The translations under genes and the position numbers were made by a program. The notes beneath the pieces were generated by a model. The model was not told the origin of the DNA, ran no database searches, and was given only the letters and a program-made list of their open reading frames with translations. DNA of 64,000 nucleotides. It comes from Squalus acanthias (Eukaryota). Location of the stretch: assembly GCA_030390025.1 (NCBI GenBank), contig CM059434.1:60326001-60390000 (forward strand), written 5' to 3'. Positions 24,186 through 37,230 of the stretch are shown here, piece by piece (position 1 is the stretch's first letter; every line of letters starts with the position of its first letter).

Positions 24186-26027
24186 CTAATCACCCTTGTG
24201 CATTCTCTTAGTGCCTGTCTTGCGTGTGCCTTTGCCTGTCCTAGTGCTCTTACGCAGTGCTACCCCAGTGGCTGCAGCATGGCTGGTGGAAGGCTGCTGA
24301 CTTTCTGTGGGGAACACTGCAGATGACCTTGGAGGACGACCTCGAGCAGCTCTGGGCCGAGAAGGCCCGGCTTCGGACTGCACCACCTCGGCATGGGCGG
24401 CACTGTCCGGGCTGGCTGGCTGACAGGCAACAGCAAGGGCACTGGCGGAGTGGCAGTGGTGGGAGGACGAATGCTGTCATCCTGAGAGAGGACAGCAGGT
24501 TCGTGCTCCATGGAGCCACTGCCACTCCCCCAGGGTGATGCCTCAGCAATCCTAGTAATCTGTTGGAGGACAGATTGCTGGACTGCTGTGACACCATGCA
24601 AACCCTTTCAACACTGGTAATCACAGCCACAATGGCAGCAGTCTGAGCTTGCATGACAGAACTCTGAGCTTCCACTGCAACACCCAGACATTGGGTGGCT
24701 TCTGCTTGTGCACCAATGGAAGCTGAGACATCGGCCATCAGACACTGCATCCTGGTTGGGTCCACAAATACGCGAATGGAGTTGGCCATCACTTCCATGC
24801 TGGAAAGGATGGGCTCCAAGCTCGACGCAAAGCCCTGTGCAAGGTTGGTGCCAGACTCCTCCATGCTCCTTGACATTGCACTTAGGCTTTCTGGCAGGCC
24901 TGCAAATGCACCAAGCATTTCATTGTACATACCCATCAGCCTTCTTCTGTAGGTCGTCCCATCGAATTCCTCATCTGAGTCCTGTGCAACAGAACCCGTG
25001 TGCGACCTCGCCCTCCGGGGAGCTGGCACCTACGCTCCCCTTTCCCCCTGCCCTGGCTGCAGGCCACTCATGCTCGGTGTCTTACCACATGCAGATCCCA
25101 CCTCTAACCTATCCTCTAAAGTACACAGAGTGTCAGTATCTGAGCTGGTGGCTGTGAGTGTGAAATCGAGTGATGGTGTGTCTTCAGGATCACTTCCTTC
25201 TTCCTCTTGCGGTTCCTGCCCCCCCACCAGTGCCTGGCCAGGTTGCAGTTCTTGGCTATCTGAAAGGATAAAGGCACAAGGGTAGGGTTGCAGCGAAGGG
25301 AGGGGGAGAAAGCAAGAGGTGCATGCTTACACCATCTGCAGCTTGTAAATCAGAAGAGATTGTGGGTTGAGGGGGAAGTAGGATGTGAGAAGGAGGATTA
25401 GCTATGAGGACTGTCATCTTGGATTGTTTCAGCCCCGCTGTTGGCCATGGGCTCAGTGATGGCCGCTCCAATCATCTCCAATACTGTCTTCTCCATGGGG
25501 GGTCAGGTTATTTAGGTGCGCCCGTCTCCCTATGGGTAGCCCCTATTGCCACCAGTTATGAGCCACCTTGTCCTGCAAGAGAGAGGGAAATGGGTCAATG
25601 AGTGTGGTGCAATTTGTTTGGGTGATGTGCCTGTCATGGTTGAATAGCTGGCAGTGTGTGCAAGCTGTGAGATGTGAGTGTGACGTTTGCAGCAGTGCTA
25701 CGTGTGTGAGGGTGAGGTGAAGCTATGAATGTGAGGTATGAGTTGTGATTGATAGAGATTGTTGGTTAGTGAGTGAAGGTTGGTGGTGAATTGAGCAGTG
25801 TCTGAGCCTAGTGGTACAGTTGTAAGGATATGGCATTTGAGCATGAATTCACTGACCTTGACCACTCGTGTGAGGTCATTAAACTTCTTGCGGCACAGAG
25901 TTTGTCTGGAGGGCCACCTGGCTCCCTGTGGATACAGGACCTCTCTCCTCCTGTCCGCCTCCTGCACCAAGGCCTCCAGTGCTGCATCAGAGAATCTTGG
26001 AGCCCGCTTTCTGCCCTGTTGCACCAT
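24186..26027 (-). pseudogene. Harbinger Myb/SANT (trihelix) DNA-binding protein, three exons, decayed
   Basis: Exon 1 (26027-25857) RKRAPRFSDAALEALVQEADRRREVLYP...CRKKFNDLTRVVK|GT; exon 2 starts at 25572 (DKVAHN); exon 3 spans 25259-24186 with stops and frameshifts. Confidence 0.8.
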
Positions 26028-26539
26028 CAGTATGTCTTCTTCTTGTTCACACTCTCTTCCCCAGCCACTTCTGGCACCTGCTGCAGCCAGAAGGCACCAC
26101 CCCTTTAGGAGGTGCAGGCTGCCTTTAAGTAGTGCAGGCTAGCTTTAAGTGGTGCTCGCCTCACATGAACTTGGGCCTCCTGCTGAGGTGTGTAGCCACT
26201 CAGCAGCGCGTTCAGCACTGGACTGCACGCTACTATCATTTAAATTAACAGGCAACATGAAGTTTGCGTGCTACCTGCATTAGAAGGAACGGGCACGGGT
26301 AAATCGCGCATTGTGATTCCCCGCGCCCATTTTCGGGCCTTGTCCTATTTCTAGGCCTTTCAGTTTGCTGAAAGTTTGCGTGTAAAACTGGCGTTGCGGA
26401 TCGGGCTGCCCCTATTTTCAGCTGACTCCGACATGCAGTGCCCATCCGACAGCCACCAATTCGGTTCCACCCTCCAGAAAAATTCAAATAAACTTGTTAG
26501 GCATGATGACCTGCTTTTCAGAGACTCGTGGTTCCCTCG

Positions 26540-26960
26540 AGCTGTTGCCTTTACTCTTGTCAGGTATGCGTACATGAAGGACACACTCTCAACATTTCTG
26601 GCATTTTCCTTTGTGCGTGCGATCTGCATCTGAATGTCTTTCCACCATTGAGAAGTTCCTTCTGTGAACTTTTGTTGTTGTTGTTCTGGCCTGCTACTCA
26701 GGGCCTCGGTGTAAATACTTAACTTCTTCCCATTCCAGTTGCTGTCCATTAATTATTCAGTCGTGACTTTGAGATTGTCAGGTGCTGATGCATGTAATTC
26801 CTTTTGCAAACATATATTGCAGAGTTGATTTTTTTTTTGTCAACGAAACAATACAATATGCACTCTCATTGAAAGTTCTTAGCGCTTGCATGTCCTTCAG
26901 AGAAAATTGGTCATTTCAGAAGCACAATAGTGCACCTGTCTTCAGCATAATAGACCTGCT
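26540..26960 (-). mobile_element. Highly degraded RTE-like reverse transcriptase fragment
   Basis: Broken frames give VYYAED, INGQQLEWEEVKYL and KDIQMQIARTK, which resemble the RT domain 5-7 and thumb motifs. Confidence 0.4.
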
Positions 26961-27864
26961 CGGAAATGCAAGCAGGTGTACGTTATGATGATGAGTGAAA
27001 TGGTTGGCGCACAGAGAGCGAGCAATACAAGAGTGTTTTGATGTCATCGCAAATCTATTTGATTAAGCTGACAGTTCTAGTATTCAGCTCTGTGTATTAT
27101 CAAAAAAGAGTCCCCCTTGAGGTGAAAGCTACCCTGTGCGGTCTCTGTGGTAAACTGGAGGCTTGCCACCCAGACCACTTAAAATCTTGAACGCATGCAA
27201 GAAAGACGTCATAGGCCTTGTAGTTTTTCTCTCTTGCTCTTTTGCTGAAATTTTGCTTGAATATTGCAGTTTGAATGGTAGTGGAGTTAGCTACATGCTA
27301 TATTAATGGAGTTATATGTCGAGCGCACTATACAAGTTGCCTAACAGTGGCTAGATTCGCACAGCCTGAGGCCTCCAACCACGTCAATTTTACACCAGAG
27401 CGGAAATTGTTAACATTACCCCCAGAGATCCTGAATTTAAATAGGAGCAAAATTACAGGGAGGAAATTATTTGGATTAACCAACAACGAAGGATGTTGGC
27501 CCTTTACTGGTTGTTGATGTAACTTTTTAAATTAAAAAAAAAGTGTGCGCAGTTTTTTTTACTCCATTTCATCTATGCTTCCAGTAGGTTTGAATAAAAT
27601 CAAATTGAATTTTAATATTTCTTGTAAATATCTGTTTTCAAATCCAGAATATGCCTGTCAATGGGAACATTTTGTTCCTGATTCACTGTCAGCGTGACCT
27701 CCCCCCACCCGCCTCCAACCCCATGCATTTTGTTGCTTATGCACGCTCTTTCATTTGGTGTGGGCTGTTTCAGGATTCGTGGAGGGGAAAATTTAACACA
27801 TTTTAATAATTTTAAAATTCAAACTGAGAGGTGACTGATTTAATAACCAGCTAGACTGAGAGAT

Positions 27865-28090
27865 GAAATCTCCTGGCTAACATTTATCCCTCCATCAATG
27901 CCACTAAAACTTACCTCATTCATCTCATTGTAGTCTGTGAGACCTTGCTGTGCGCAAATTGATGGCCACGTTCGCCTACATTAACAACAGTGAATATACT
28001 TCAAAAAGTACGTATTGGCTGTGAAGCACTTTGGGACGTCCTGAGGATATGAAAGGTGTTATATTGATGCGAGTTCTTTCTTCTTTCTTT
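27865..28090 (+). mobile_element. Deu-type SINE, 3' part
   Basis: CCTTGCTGTGCGCAAATTG...GTGAAGCACTTTGGGACGTCCTGAGG. Confidence 0.75.
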
Positions 28091-28167
28091 TATATGATGA
28101 GCAAGCTACCCACCTTGGTTAACGACGGCTTGCCCATTTGCGGAGGGTGGGGGGGTGGGGGGGGATA

Positions 28168-30054
28168 GGGACAGAATTTGGGCGGGAGTGACTTGCACTT
28201 CTTAAAGGTTCACTTTGCCTGTGCTGTATGTTCCTGTGCCTGAATTTGGAGAACACAGTCAGAAAGAGTACTAAAAGGGTCCCAAGATTTTCAAACAGCA
28301 CCCTGGAGATCCTTGTGGAGGAGGCCAGCAGGAGGAAGGAGGTCCTGTTTCTGGCTGACGGGAGAAGAGTGCCAAGGTGAATAGCCCGGCAATAGTGGGC
28401 AGAGAGGGCTGTGTTGGCGAATGTGCGTAGTGTCGCACCGAGGACTTTGCAACAGTGCCGAAAAAAATTGACTCATTTGACCAGAGCTGTTAAGGTAAGA
28501 CTTTTCATACCTCTCTTATTCGCTGCTCAGCCCTGCACTACCTGTAGCCCCAGTCCCTCCACCACTTCCCATCCCTCTCCTCCAATCACGCCAGCACACT
28601 TCACTGCACCTTATTCGGCTGCCACTTGCAGACGCGGCACTTGCTACTGCCTTCACTTCCCCAAATCTGCTGCTTCTTTTACACCCCATCCAAACTATAC
28701 TACCCTGACATGCACATCTTCACAACCCTTCAACATGGCACACACTAACGCACTCCCCTTCTTCTTCCAAGAAAAGCTGGCGCACAATAAAAGAGGGCAG
28801 ATGCGCAGAGCAGGAGGGCCACCATCAACCCAAGTACTTATGACAATGGAAGAGGTTGTCATGGATGTAATAGGTAGAGGGTCAGCCTGAAGCATAGAAG
28901 GTGGCGAGGCCACAATGATACGTCCCGCAGGGTGTTCAGCCATTGTACTCTCTTTTCTCTTCTCACTGAGCTTTCTCCCTCACGCACTCTGCATGACAAC
29001 CTGGAGGTGCATCGAACTGCCAGTCATCTGCTACTGATATGCCTTGCCATTTACTGCTAACTCTTATCCCCCTCTCTCCTTTTTTCAGGTCCACTGCAAG
29101 TCCCCGGCCCAGCCGCAACAGAAGAAGAGGACAGTCCTCCAGAAGATGCATCGCAACTCGCACTTACCCTTGCAAGCACCAGCTCATAAACTGGCAATCC
29201 GTGTACTTGAGGGTTCTGCAGTGGGATAATCACTGAGGAAGAGAAAGAGCAAGGGCAGAGGGAACGGACCGCTCAGGAACCAGCTCTCCAGAGGCCAAGC
29301 TCGTATCGTAGCCCTGATGTGGAGAGTACAGATGAAGATGTCCAGGGCCCAGCCTATAAAGGATGACTGAGAGCTGTACACCAGTAACTGCTCGATGCAT
29401 TGGACTGCCTGACAGGGAGCTTGTACACAATATTAAATAGTGTGGCGGGATCCACCTCCAACTAATATGTGGTCCACTCACATGGTGTCGAAGCACTGAG
29501 TGTGGTCAACTCTTTGCACAGTGCAGCGGGGTCCTCATTTGTGGAGCCTTTGGTTTTGGCTCTGACAGCTTTGATGGAATCTCAGATTGCTGCCATTCAA
29601 GCTCTTGGTTTCACCATCTCCTGCAGCTTGCTAAGCTTTGAAGGAAAGCTTCCAAAGCGTCACGTCACTCCGACACACTGTTCTTGCGCAGAGCAGCGGA
29701 AGTGCTGAGGAGCAGCCCCAGGCGAGTGGCAGTGGCACCATGGGAGAGGCACGCGCTGTCCTCCCTCAGGATGACAGCATGCCCACCACTGCCTCAACCA
29801 GTGTCATGCTGGTGCCAGAACGCAAGCTGGGCCAGACTGCCCTGGCATAGCCGAGGTGCTCCAGTCTATAGCCGAGCCCCCTCAAGTGCCCTTACTGGAT
29901 GCATAGCAGCCTTCCACCTCCCATTTGTAGCCACTGGGGTAGCACCTTGTAAGAACAAGGTAGAAGAGCAACTAAGACAGGAGCATAAATGGGTTTCCAC
30001 TGCACTTCTGATGAACAGCGGCAGAGTCGAATCAGCTCTGAGAAATTCCCGGCC
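28168..30054 (+). mobile_element. Old Harbinger derivative with a decayed three-exon Myb/SANT gene
   Basis: KRVPRFSNSTLEILVEEASRRKEVLF...RTLQQCRKKLTHLTRAVK|GTAAGA (28260-28494); exon 2 EKLAHNKR; exon 3 shares AVLPQDDS with the 24-kb copy; right TIR-like AAATTCCCGGCC. Confidence 0.7.
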
Positions 30055-30514
30055 AAGCTTATGTTTTTTTTCGCTTTTCCTTTCGGCTTTAGCCAGCAGC
30101 TGCACTTTCACAAAGCTTCTCTTTCACCTCTTGTTCGGAGCAGGGCTTTTCTACAATAGGTCTTTGAAGTCAAGCAGAGACAGCCTGAAGAAAAAAAATA
30201 AAGCATCTAAATCAAGCATTTAAAATCAATTTGTCTCAATATTTATGAAGAGGTCATAGCTCAGACTCATTTAGCAGCAGTTATAATGCTAATACTCCAT
30301 TTACACACTCACTACATTAAATAGAACTTTTAGATAGCTAAGAAATATGGACACCCAACAAAAAGTTGAGCTGCTGAAGTGAACTTTGCAAGAAGACTGA
30401 GTGCAGATTAAAAGGAAACCATACGTTGCATCTAACATCAGCTCTACAGTTGAACTAGATACCAAAATAAGCAATTAAATCAATGGGTGCACTTCCTGTC
30501 TACAATTACTTGGA

Positions 30515-30897
30515 CACATAAGCTAGGCTGGCACTTCAGTGCAATACTGAGGGAGTGTTGTACTGTCAGATGAGAGATTAAACTATGGTCTGTCTAGCCA
30601 CTCAGATGATTTTAAAATTCCCATGGCACAATTCGAAGAAGTTTGGGGGGATTCTCCCGGTGTCCTGGCCAACATTCATCCCTCAACCAAGTCCACAAAA
30701 ATCAGATTAATTAGTCATTTGTTCATTTGCTGTTTGTGGGATCTTGCTGTGTGCAAATTGGCTGCCGTGTGCAAATTGGCTGCCGTGTTTTCCTCCATAA
30801 CAACAGTGACTGCCCCTCAAAAAGTATTTGATTGGTTGTAAGGTGCTTGGGGATATCATGAGGATGTGATGAGGCACCATACAAATGCACTTTCTTT
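30515..30897 (+). mobile_element. Deu-type SINE
   Basis: Colinear with 5473-5940; internal 18-bp tandem duplication. Confidence 0.8.
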
Positions 30898-31039
30898 GAA
30901 TGGCTATTATCCATCTGGCTGAGGTGGAGATATTTCCTGCTTGAAGTAACAATTATCTGATTATTCAAATGAAATGATTCTTAGTGACACAATAGTAATT
31001 TACATTTTGGCAGCCCTTTCCATATTCAGACTACAAAAG

Positions 31040-31125
31040 GTCCACCACCACCTTGAGGCAACTAGGGATGGGCAATAAATGCTGGCCTTGTCCAGCGATG
31101 CCCACATTCTAAGAATGAATAATTT
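31040..31125 (+). mobile_element. LINE family A 3' tail
   Basis: GGCAACTAGGGATGGGCAATAAATGCTGGCCTTG...GAATGAATAA. Confidence 0.75.
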
Positions 31126-31739
31126 TTTTAAAAAGGTACCCAAGAATTAACACACCTATGCAGTTGCTCCCTGACACCTAAAGTTAATCGAGCAATGCTC
31201 CAGGATATCAATCTAACATTACAATCCAAACCGGTTGCATTCCACAGATGATATTCCCATGGTCCCAGATGCACTGGAACTACAGCGCTCAGTAGAATAT
31301 TTGATGATCTATCATCTTGTCTTATCTCTGTTTATTTAACTGTCTGTTAAAAATGTTATAAAATAAACTCAATGTCTAACTCATCAGGAACCAGCAGCAT
31401 TCAACCACCATTTGCTCCCTGTGTAATGCTTTATGGGTAGTGTGATCTGTAGCCACTTGCTCATGAGCGCAAGAAGATGATTTTCCTTTTTATCGTTTTA
31501 AAATGGGCCACTGCTTGACAAATGTAAATACCTCTGAGACACCAGCTGATGTCCGCTGTTCCCCGTTTAACTGATATCAGTTTAATCGCTGGATAACATG
31601 AACAACCTGCATTTAAATAGTGCCTTGAATGTAGAAATGCAGAGGTGTGAGGAAAGAAAAAATTAAGTACAAATTTCAATGCAGAAAGATGGCGTTTGGC
31701 CAATCCTGTTTGTGCCGGTCTAGCTGCACGCCAGAGAAT

Positions 31740-33220
31740 TTATGTCGAAATTACAACGTGGGAACAGGCTATTCGGCCCAACCAGCCTGTGCTGGTATTA
31801 ATCCTCCACACAAGCAGTAGTCTTTCCTTCAACCACCTACCTAACCTATTCTTAAATGTTGACATAACCCTGAAATTTCCTGGGAGCTGCTGCCGCTCCA
31901 GGGCCATAACACCCCATTTACACCCGTAACTGCGTTCCTCCGCTGCTCTTCTGGTGAAGTTACCGCAGCAGAGTGGGATCAACTCCAAGGAAATTCCTGA
32001 CCGTGGTATCTGCTTCAATCTCAATCTCCAATTGTGCATTCCACAGCCTCACAACCCTCTGTTTAAATTTGGAAAAAAAGTTACCCCTGCTCTCTGTCCC
32101 AAATCCCTTCCATTTAATCTTATATTTTAGTCCCTTCACCTGGATCCCTCAACCATTGGAAACAGTTTGTTTCCATCCATCCTGTCCCATCCCTTCATAA
32201 TTTTATGATGTGGAGTGTCCGGAGCGATAGCTCCGAAAGCTTGTAAAATTAAATAAATCTGTTGGACTATAACCTGGTGTTGTGCGACTTCTCATTTTCA
32301 TAATTTTAAACACCTCTATCAAATCACCCCTTAAGTTCCTCTGTTCTAACAAAAACAGCCCTAATTTTTAAATCTTTCTTCTTTTGCATTTCCTCATACC
32401 AGGCAGCATCCTAGTGAATCCAAATCCCTTCTATTGCCTGAACTTCCTTCCTATAGCGTGGAGCCCAAAATGGCACACCGTGTTCCAGCTGTGGTCTCAC
32501 TAGGTTTTAATATAGATTTACCATTACATCTTGAATTTTATATTCTGTACCTCTTGCCATAAAGCCCAGTATTCCATTAGCTTTTTTTAATGGTCTTATC
32601 TAAGTGGTGCTGCTTTTAAAGCTAAAATCCCTTTTGTTTTTCCACATTACCTAGATTTGTATAATTTTTATTTTACTAAAATGTACCACCACAGACTTAC
32701 TGACCTTGAATTCCATCTGCCACATTTTTGCCATTGCACCATCTTATCAATATTCCCTTGCTGCTTCCTTTGGTCCTCATAATTATTTACTATACCTCCT
32801 ATTTTAGTACCGTCTGCCAATTTGGACACCACTCCCTCTAGCCCTAGATCTACACGAATCCCATACCCTGTAATTATTTTTCTTCAAGTATTTAATTCCT
32901 TGTTAATGTTCAGATTTTCTCAGCTTCAGTAGCCATTTTTAGTAATGTATTCCATATTCAAATAACCATTTGTGTGAAAACAAATCCTCCTCACCTCCTT
33001 CATTGTTTGTCGTACTGATCCTAAATTTATGCCCCCTTGTTCGTGATTCACTGACCAATGGAAATAATCTTTCACGATTTACCATCTCAAACCCTTTCAA
33101 GATTATTAAACATTCCTAATAGAGTCCCCTTTAACCTACCCTGCGGCAATGAATGCAGCCCTAGTTTCTCTTGTCATAACCTTTGATCCCTGATACCTTC
33201 CGAGTGAATCTGGCCTTTCC
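31740..33220 (-). mobile_element. Old CR1 fragments with nested insertions, including a MITE at 31867-32002
   Basis: CR1 tail at 31740-31800; AAATCACCCCTTAA, TTCCATCTGCCAC and GTCTGCCAATTT motifs; nested TIRs GAAATTTCCTGGG / CCAAGGAAATTCC. Confidence 0.65.
32206..32296. mobile_element. Short Penelope pLTR-derived insertion with an internal inversion
   Basis: 12-bp TSD TTCATAATTTTA (32194-32205 and 32297-32308); same family as 49870-49999. Confidence 0.8.
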
Positions 33221-34389
33221 ATGGTTCCAGGGCAGAAATTCTTCCCACTGCGTTATCCCCGCCCATGACCCCAGAGGGTCATGAACCTATTAGGGGTGGG
33301 CACCCACTCTAGTAGCGGCACTATGTAGGGCGCCCATCCAGCAGTCGTGACAGAATGTCAAAGGGCTCCTTGCTGCTCCATGGGAAGAGGCCACGGGCCG
33401 ATCTGGCCTGATTCAGTGCACTGCAAGAAACAAGTAGGAAGGTTCTCCCTTTGCCGGTCGACCTGTTTGCAAACAGCCACTGAAAGCTCTGGGATGGATT
33501 GCCATTTGATTTCTTCTTGCTGAGGCCCACATGCAACCCAACACTGCTTGTACACCTGCTTTTTGCAGATGTGCTTACAGAATAAGTTGTGTATTTGTGC
33601 GACTTCATTTTAAACTGGGCAAAAAATTGAACTCCCATTTAATTTAATAGACAGTCTGTGCAATAAGAGGAATTTCATCCTCCAGTCAAGATTACCAAGA
33701 TAGATGAAGGATTAAATGCCCTCTGTTGTACCTTGCAAATATGGCTTAGAGTTAACCTCTGAAGAATGCCAGATTAACACCTCAGTTATCTATGCCAGTC
33801 ATCCTTATGGTCTGTCTGAGCGAAGTTGCCAAATAGGGCTGAATTATGTGTAGTTTCGTGCTGAGAACTTCAATCATTTGGAATTTGCTTCAGATTGCCC
33901 AAACTCATTTGCAGATCCTTTACAGGTGAGCTAGATTTGAACTCTCACCCCAGAAAAGAATGGACAACTCATTGTACCAATGCACCTGTGCTGAAATCCT
34001 TTCTGTCGAGGATACCCCAGAATGCCGTAACACAGACTCTGTGAAAATACATAAGACCATCAGTAAAAGCAATTGAGCATTGCATAGTGCCCAACGGGAC
34101 TATATATTTTTTTCTGAACTGAAAGTGATGTAAAGAGTCTTTGTTCAGAATTAGCCATTACCAGGTGCACTGAATAACTGGTGCCAAGTTCTCCAGCCAG
34201 TATCACGTGTTTTCTCCTCTAACCACCCCATGACCTGATGTTCAACATAATAATTACAAGCCCTGATTATCTGGCTTGACACACAATTTGTCTGACAGTC
34301 AAGACAGAATCTATGATAATGGGCAGGTTTGATGCTTCATTACTCGTATTATATAAAAGTGGTGCGTCCAATAAATACTTAAGTTGAAA

Positions 34390-34778
34390 AAGAAAAATAT
34401 TTGCTTTAATGTAGCACCTTTCACGACCTCAGAACGTCCTAAAGCGCTCTAGAATTAATAAAGTACTTTTGAAGTGTAGTCACTGTTGTAATGTAGGAAA
34501 CATGGAAGCCAATGTGCACACAGTAAGGGAATAAATATTGGCTAGTACATCGGGGATAACTCCCCTGCTCTTCTTCAAAATAATGCCATGGGATCTTTTA
34601 TCTGAGAGGGCCTCGGTTTAACGTCTCATCTGAAATACGGCACCTTCAACAGTGGAGCACTCCCTCAGCACTGCACTGGAGTGTCACCCTGGATTATATA
34701 CTCAAGTCCCCAAAGTGGGACTTGAACTCACAACCTTCTGACTCATAGGTGACAGAGCTACCACTGAACCACAGCTAA
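34390..34778 (-). mobile_element. Deu-type SINE
   Basis: Reverse complement of the consensus, from head to tail. Confidence 0.85.
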
Positions 34779-36581
34779 TGTGTGGTAATGTATTGGTAGA
34801 TTTTATTTCAGACACTTTGGAACATTTTCTGTGAATATAACTTTTAGTACTCCACGACCCTGGGGTGTAATTGCCACAATATGCTTACTCCCATCCCAAG
34901 GCCCTCTAGTGGTCAATTAAAATAGGCAAGTAAAAGACGTATCAAAAAAAGACTTATAAGATTAACAATAGAATATAGCTGAAGGGTTTGAAAGTTCTGA
35001 TCGGAGCAGTTCTTATTCAGCTAGGTACAGATGCAGAACATCATCCAATCGATAAGCTGTGTTTGCTGAAAAGCACTTTAGGTTTTACATAGAGGCTCCT
35101 CTGTGGTGAACATGCCCATGATACCAGTGTCGTTTTCTATTGCCAGGCCTTGTAGGTGCCAGCTTTTATTGCTTGTATTGTTCCAGTGGTTGGAAAATTC
35201 GATTAATTGTTCTGTATAATACAATACATAATAGATATTGTGTGTAGCCAGCAAGTGTCAGAGTGGTTAATGATGGGGTTACCTTGTATCGTATTTAGAT
35301 TGTGAGGGCTTTGAAGATAATTTAACCATTGGAAAACCAATTAGGTCTTTTACTGTCTCCTTTGCTGCCTGTTGATCAGGTGACTGAACTTAAGATTCTA
35401 TTCTGTTTCTTCTCCCCTCCCATTTGTTCCCTTTGTGTATTCCATCTTACGTCTTGGATCCATGATGTCTAATTAGACCTTCAGTTATTCATTGGGAAAC
35501 TAGGCACATGGCTGGATGTTACACAATATTGGAAGAATAGTGCAACATTTGGTCGTAAACACACTGATTCGAACCCCTCTCCTGCCTCCCACCCTTGCTT
35601 AGTAATTTATGTTTAATTTTGGCTTTTGTGAAGTTTGCAGTGTATAGTTGAGCTGGATCATTGATCATATACATGTAATGAAGCTTCAGCCTATGGGCTG
35701 GCTGTTTCCATTTCACTTAGCACCTGGGCTGGGCATTTTTCGTTTTTATTTCAGGTCAACCTTCTGCCAAACTTACTGTGTAACCAGCTGCCAGGAGGTG
35801 TGCAAGACTGAAAATATATGATTGTTTTTTCCCTCCCCACCAGTGGGGAATTACCAACGGGACTGGACTCATTACCTCTTGCTGGTAAAATGGCTGGGAT
35901 TGGGTAATTGCTGCCGTGAATCAATACTCAGCTGCATGGTCTAGTGCTTTGGAGCACCGATACACTTCGGCACTGTGCCACCAGGTTGGGATCACTGTTG
36001 GTGACTGACCGCCTTGAATGTCCTGTCACTGATGACACATTGTTCATTCTATGGCTTGGGTAATTTTTCATATGGAAATTGCAACAGTGTTTGAATCCAT
36101 TTTCTAATGTGAAAGGGAGTGCGATGAATCCAAAAAAAAATGGCAGCACACAGGTGTCAGTCGAACTTTGACCATGCCTGCCAGTGAATTTTGAAAGTCC
36201 ACTCACACCTAGCAACCGCTGCATGTTAATCCAAATGTGTGAAATGTTAGGCCAATGGCCAATGAAGTGGTTGGTCATAGTCCTTGAAGAATATCCTCTC
36301 AAGCAGTGGGTGAATCTGGGTGCTGTTCTAACGCTGAGTAAAGCTCTACAGCCACTGTAGCACACCTGTCATTTTGTTCGAGTATCTAGTCGAGTTTTGC
36401 GGCTCTTTTATTTTATTTTCAGATTGGAGTCTGGGGTGTAATCAAATATATTGTGCATATGATGTCATTCGTGTAATTGGAAACACAAAAGAAAACAAAA
36501 GGTTTGCAGCTGAATTATTCAGAAAGGCGTTTTAATCATGTTGTAAACATGTTTGTGTTCTGCGCAGAGTTAATGCTGTAC

Positions 36582-36761
36582 TTAGAGGTCTCCTCAAAGC
36601 CCAGAACTCGGAGACTAGTTTCCATTGTAAGAAAAGAGTTTGTCACCACAAAGTGTTCTCGAGCTTCAGGTTCGGCTACTGTGTACAAACCGACTGTTTC
36701 TGTGGAGTCCATTGCTTTGCACATGAGGGTAACCCAGCCTGTGTTTAGACTAGTTGTAAAT
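36582..36761 (-). CDS. Candidate internal exon (180 nt, phase 2-2) of an unidentified host gene
   Basis: Acceptor TTTCTTGTATTCCACACCACAG, weak donor AA|GTACAG; peptide FTTSLNTGWVTLMCKAMDSTETVGLYTVAEPEAREHFVVTNSFLTMETSLRVLGFEETS. Confidence 0.4.
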
Positions 36762-37230
36762 CTGTGGTGTGGAATACAAGAAAGTGTCAGCAACTGGCAA
36801 TCCAAGGAGCAGATGGCAACATAGGAGGCTGATTACACAACAGCCTGCAGTACTCCTAGGGAGCTCCATTATTTCACTAATGGCTCTGAGTCACAAAGGG
36901 ACTAATTAATAATGAAACGATCAGGAGAGCTCAAATGCTGTCTGCTTCTTAAGGACAATAATAATACTTAATAAATTGTAAACTACATAGAAAACAAATG
37001 GCCCACACAGGCTGCTATTAATCACCTCCCAAAGCCTCTTATTTTGCCTGGCTTACTTGATAGACTTACCCATTATATGTCTCCTCTGTGCACAAAACGC
37101 CAACTTCCATTTCTCAGCCCGCTCTCCTCCCCATTCCCACTCTCCAAGAAAAAAAACCATGAATACAGTAAAAGTTATTTGACGAGATGTTTGGCCCTGT
37201 TCTGGTTTGTTAACTTAACCCAACTGTAGA

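Larger units (their letters stand above)
23418..26357. mobile_element. Harbinger deletion derivative (Myb/SANT gene retained, transposase collapsed)
   Basis: Imperfect TIRs GGCCGCTAAATT / TATTTCTAGGCC; TSD TTT; contains the two convergent gene remnants listed next. Confidence 0.8.

Noticed and set aside
26360-26749. 129-aa ORF as a host exon
   Set aside because: Better explained as decayed RTE-like and CR1-like RT sequence (KDIQMQIARTK; SCLTSLFEFF).
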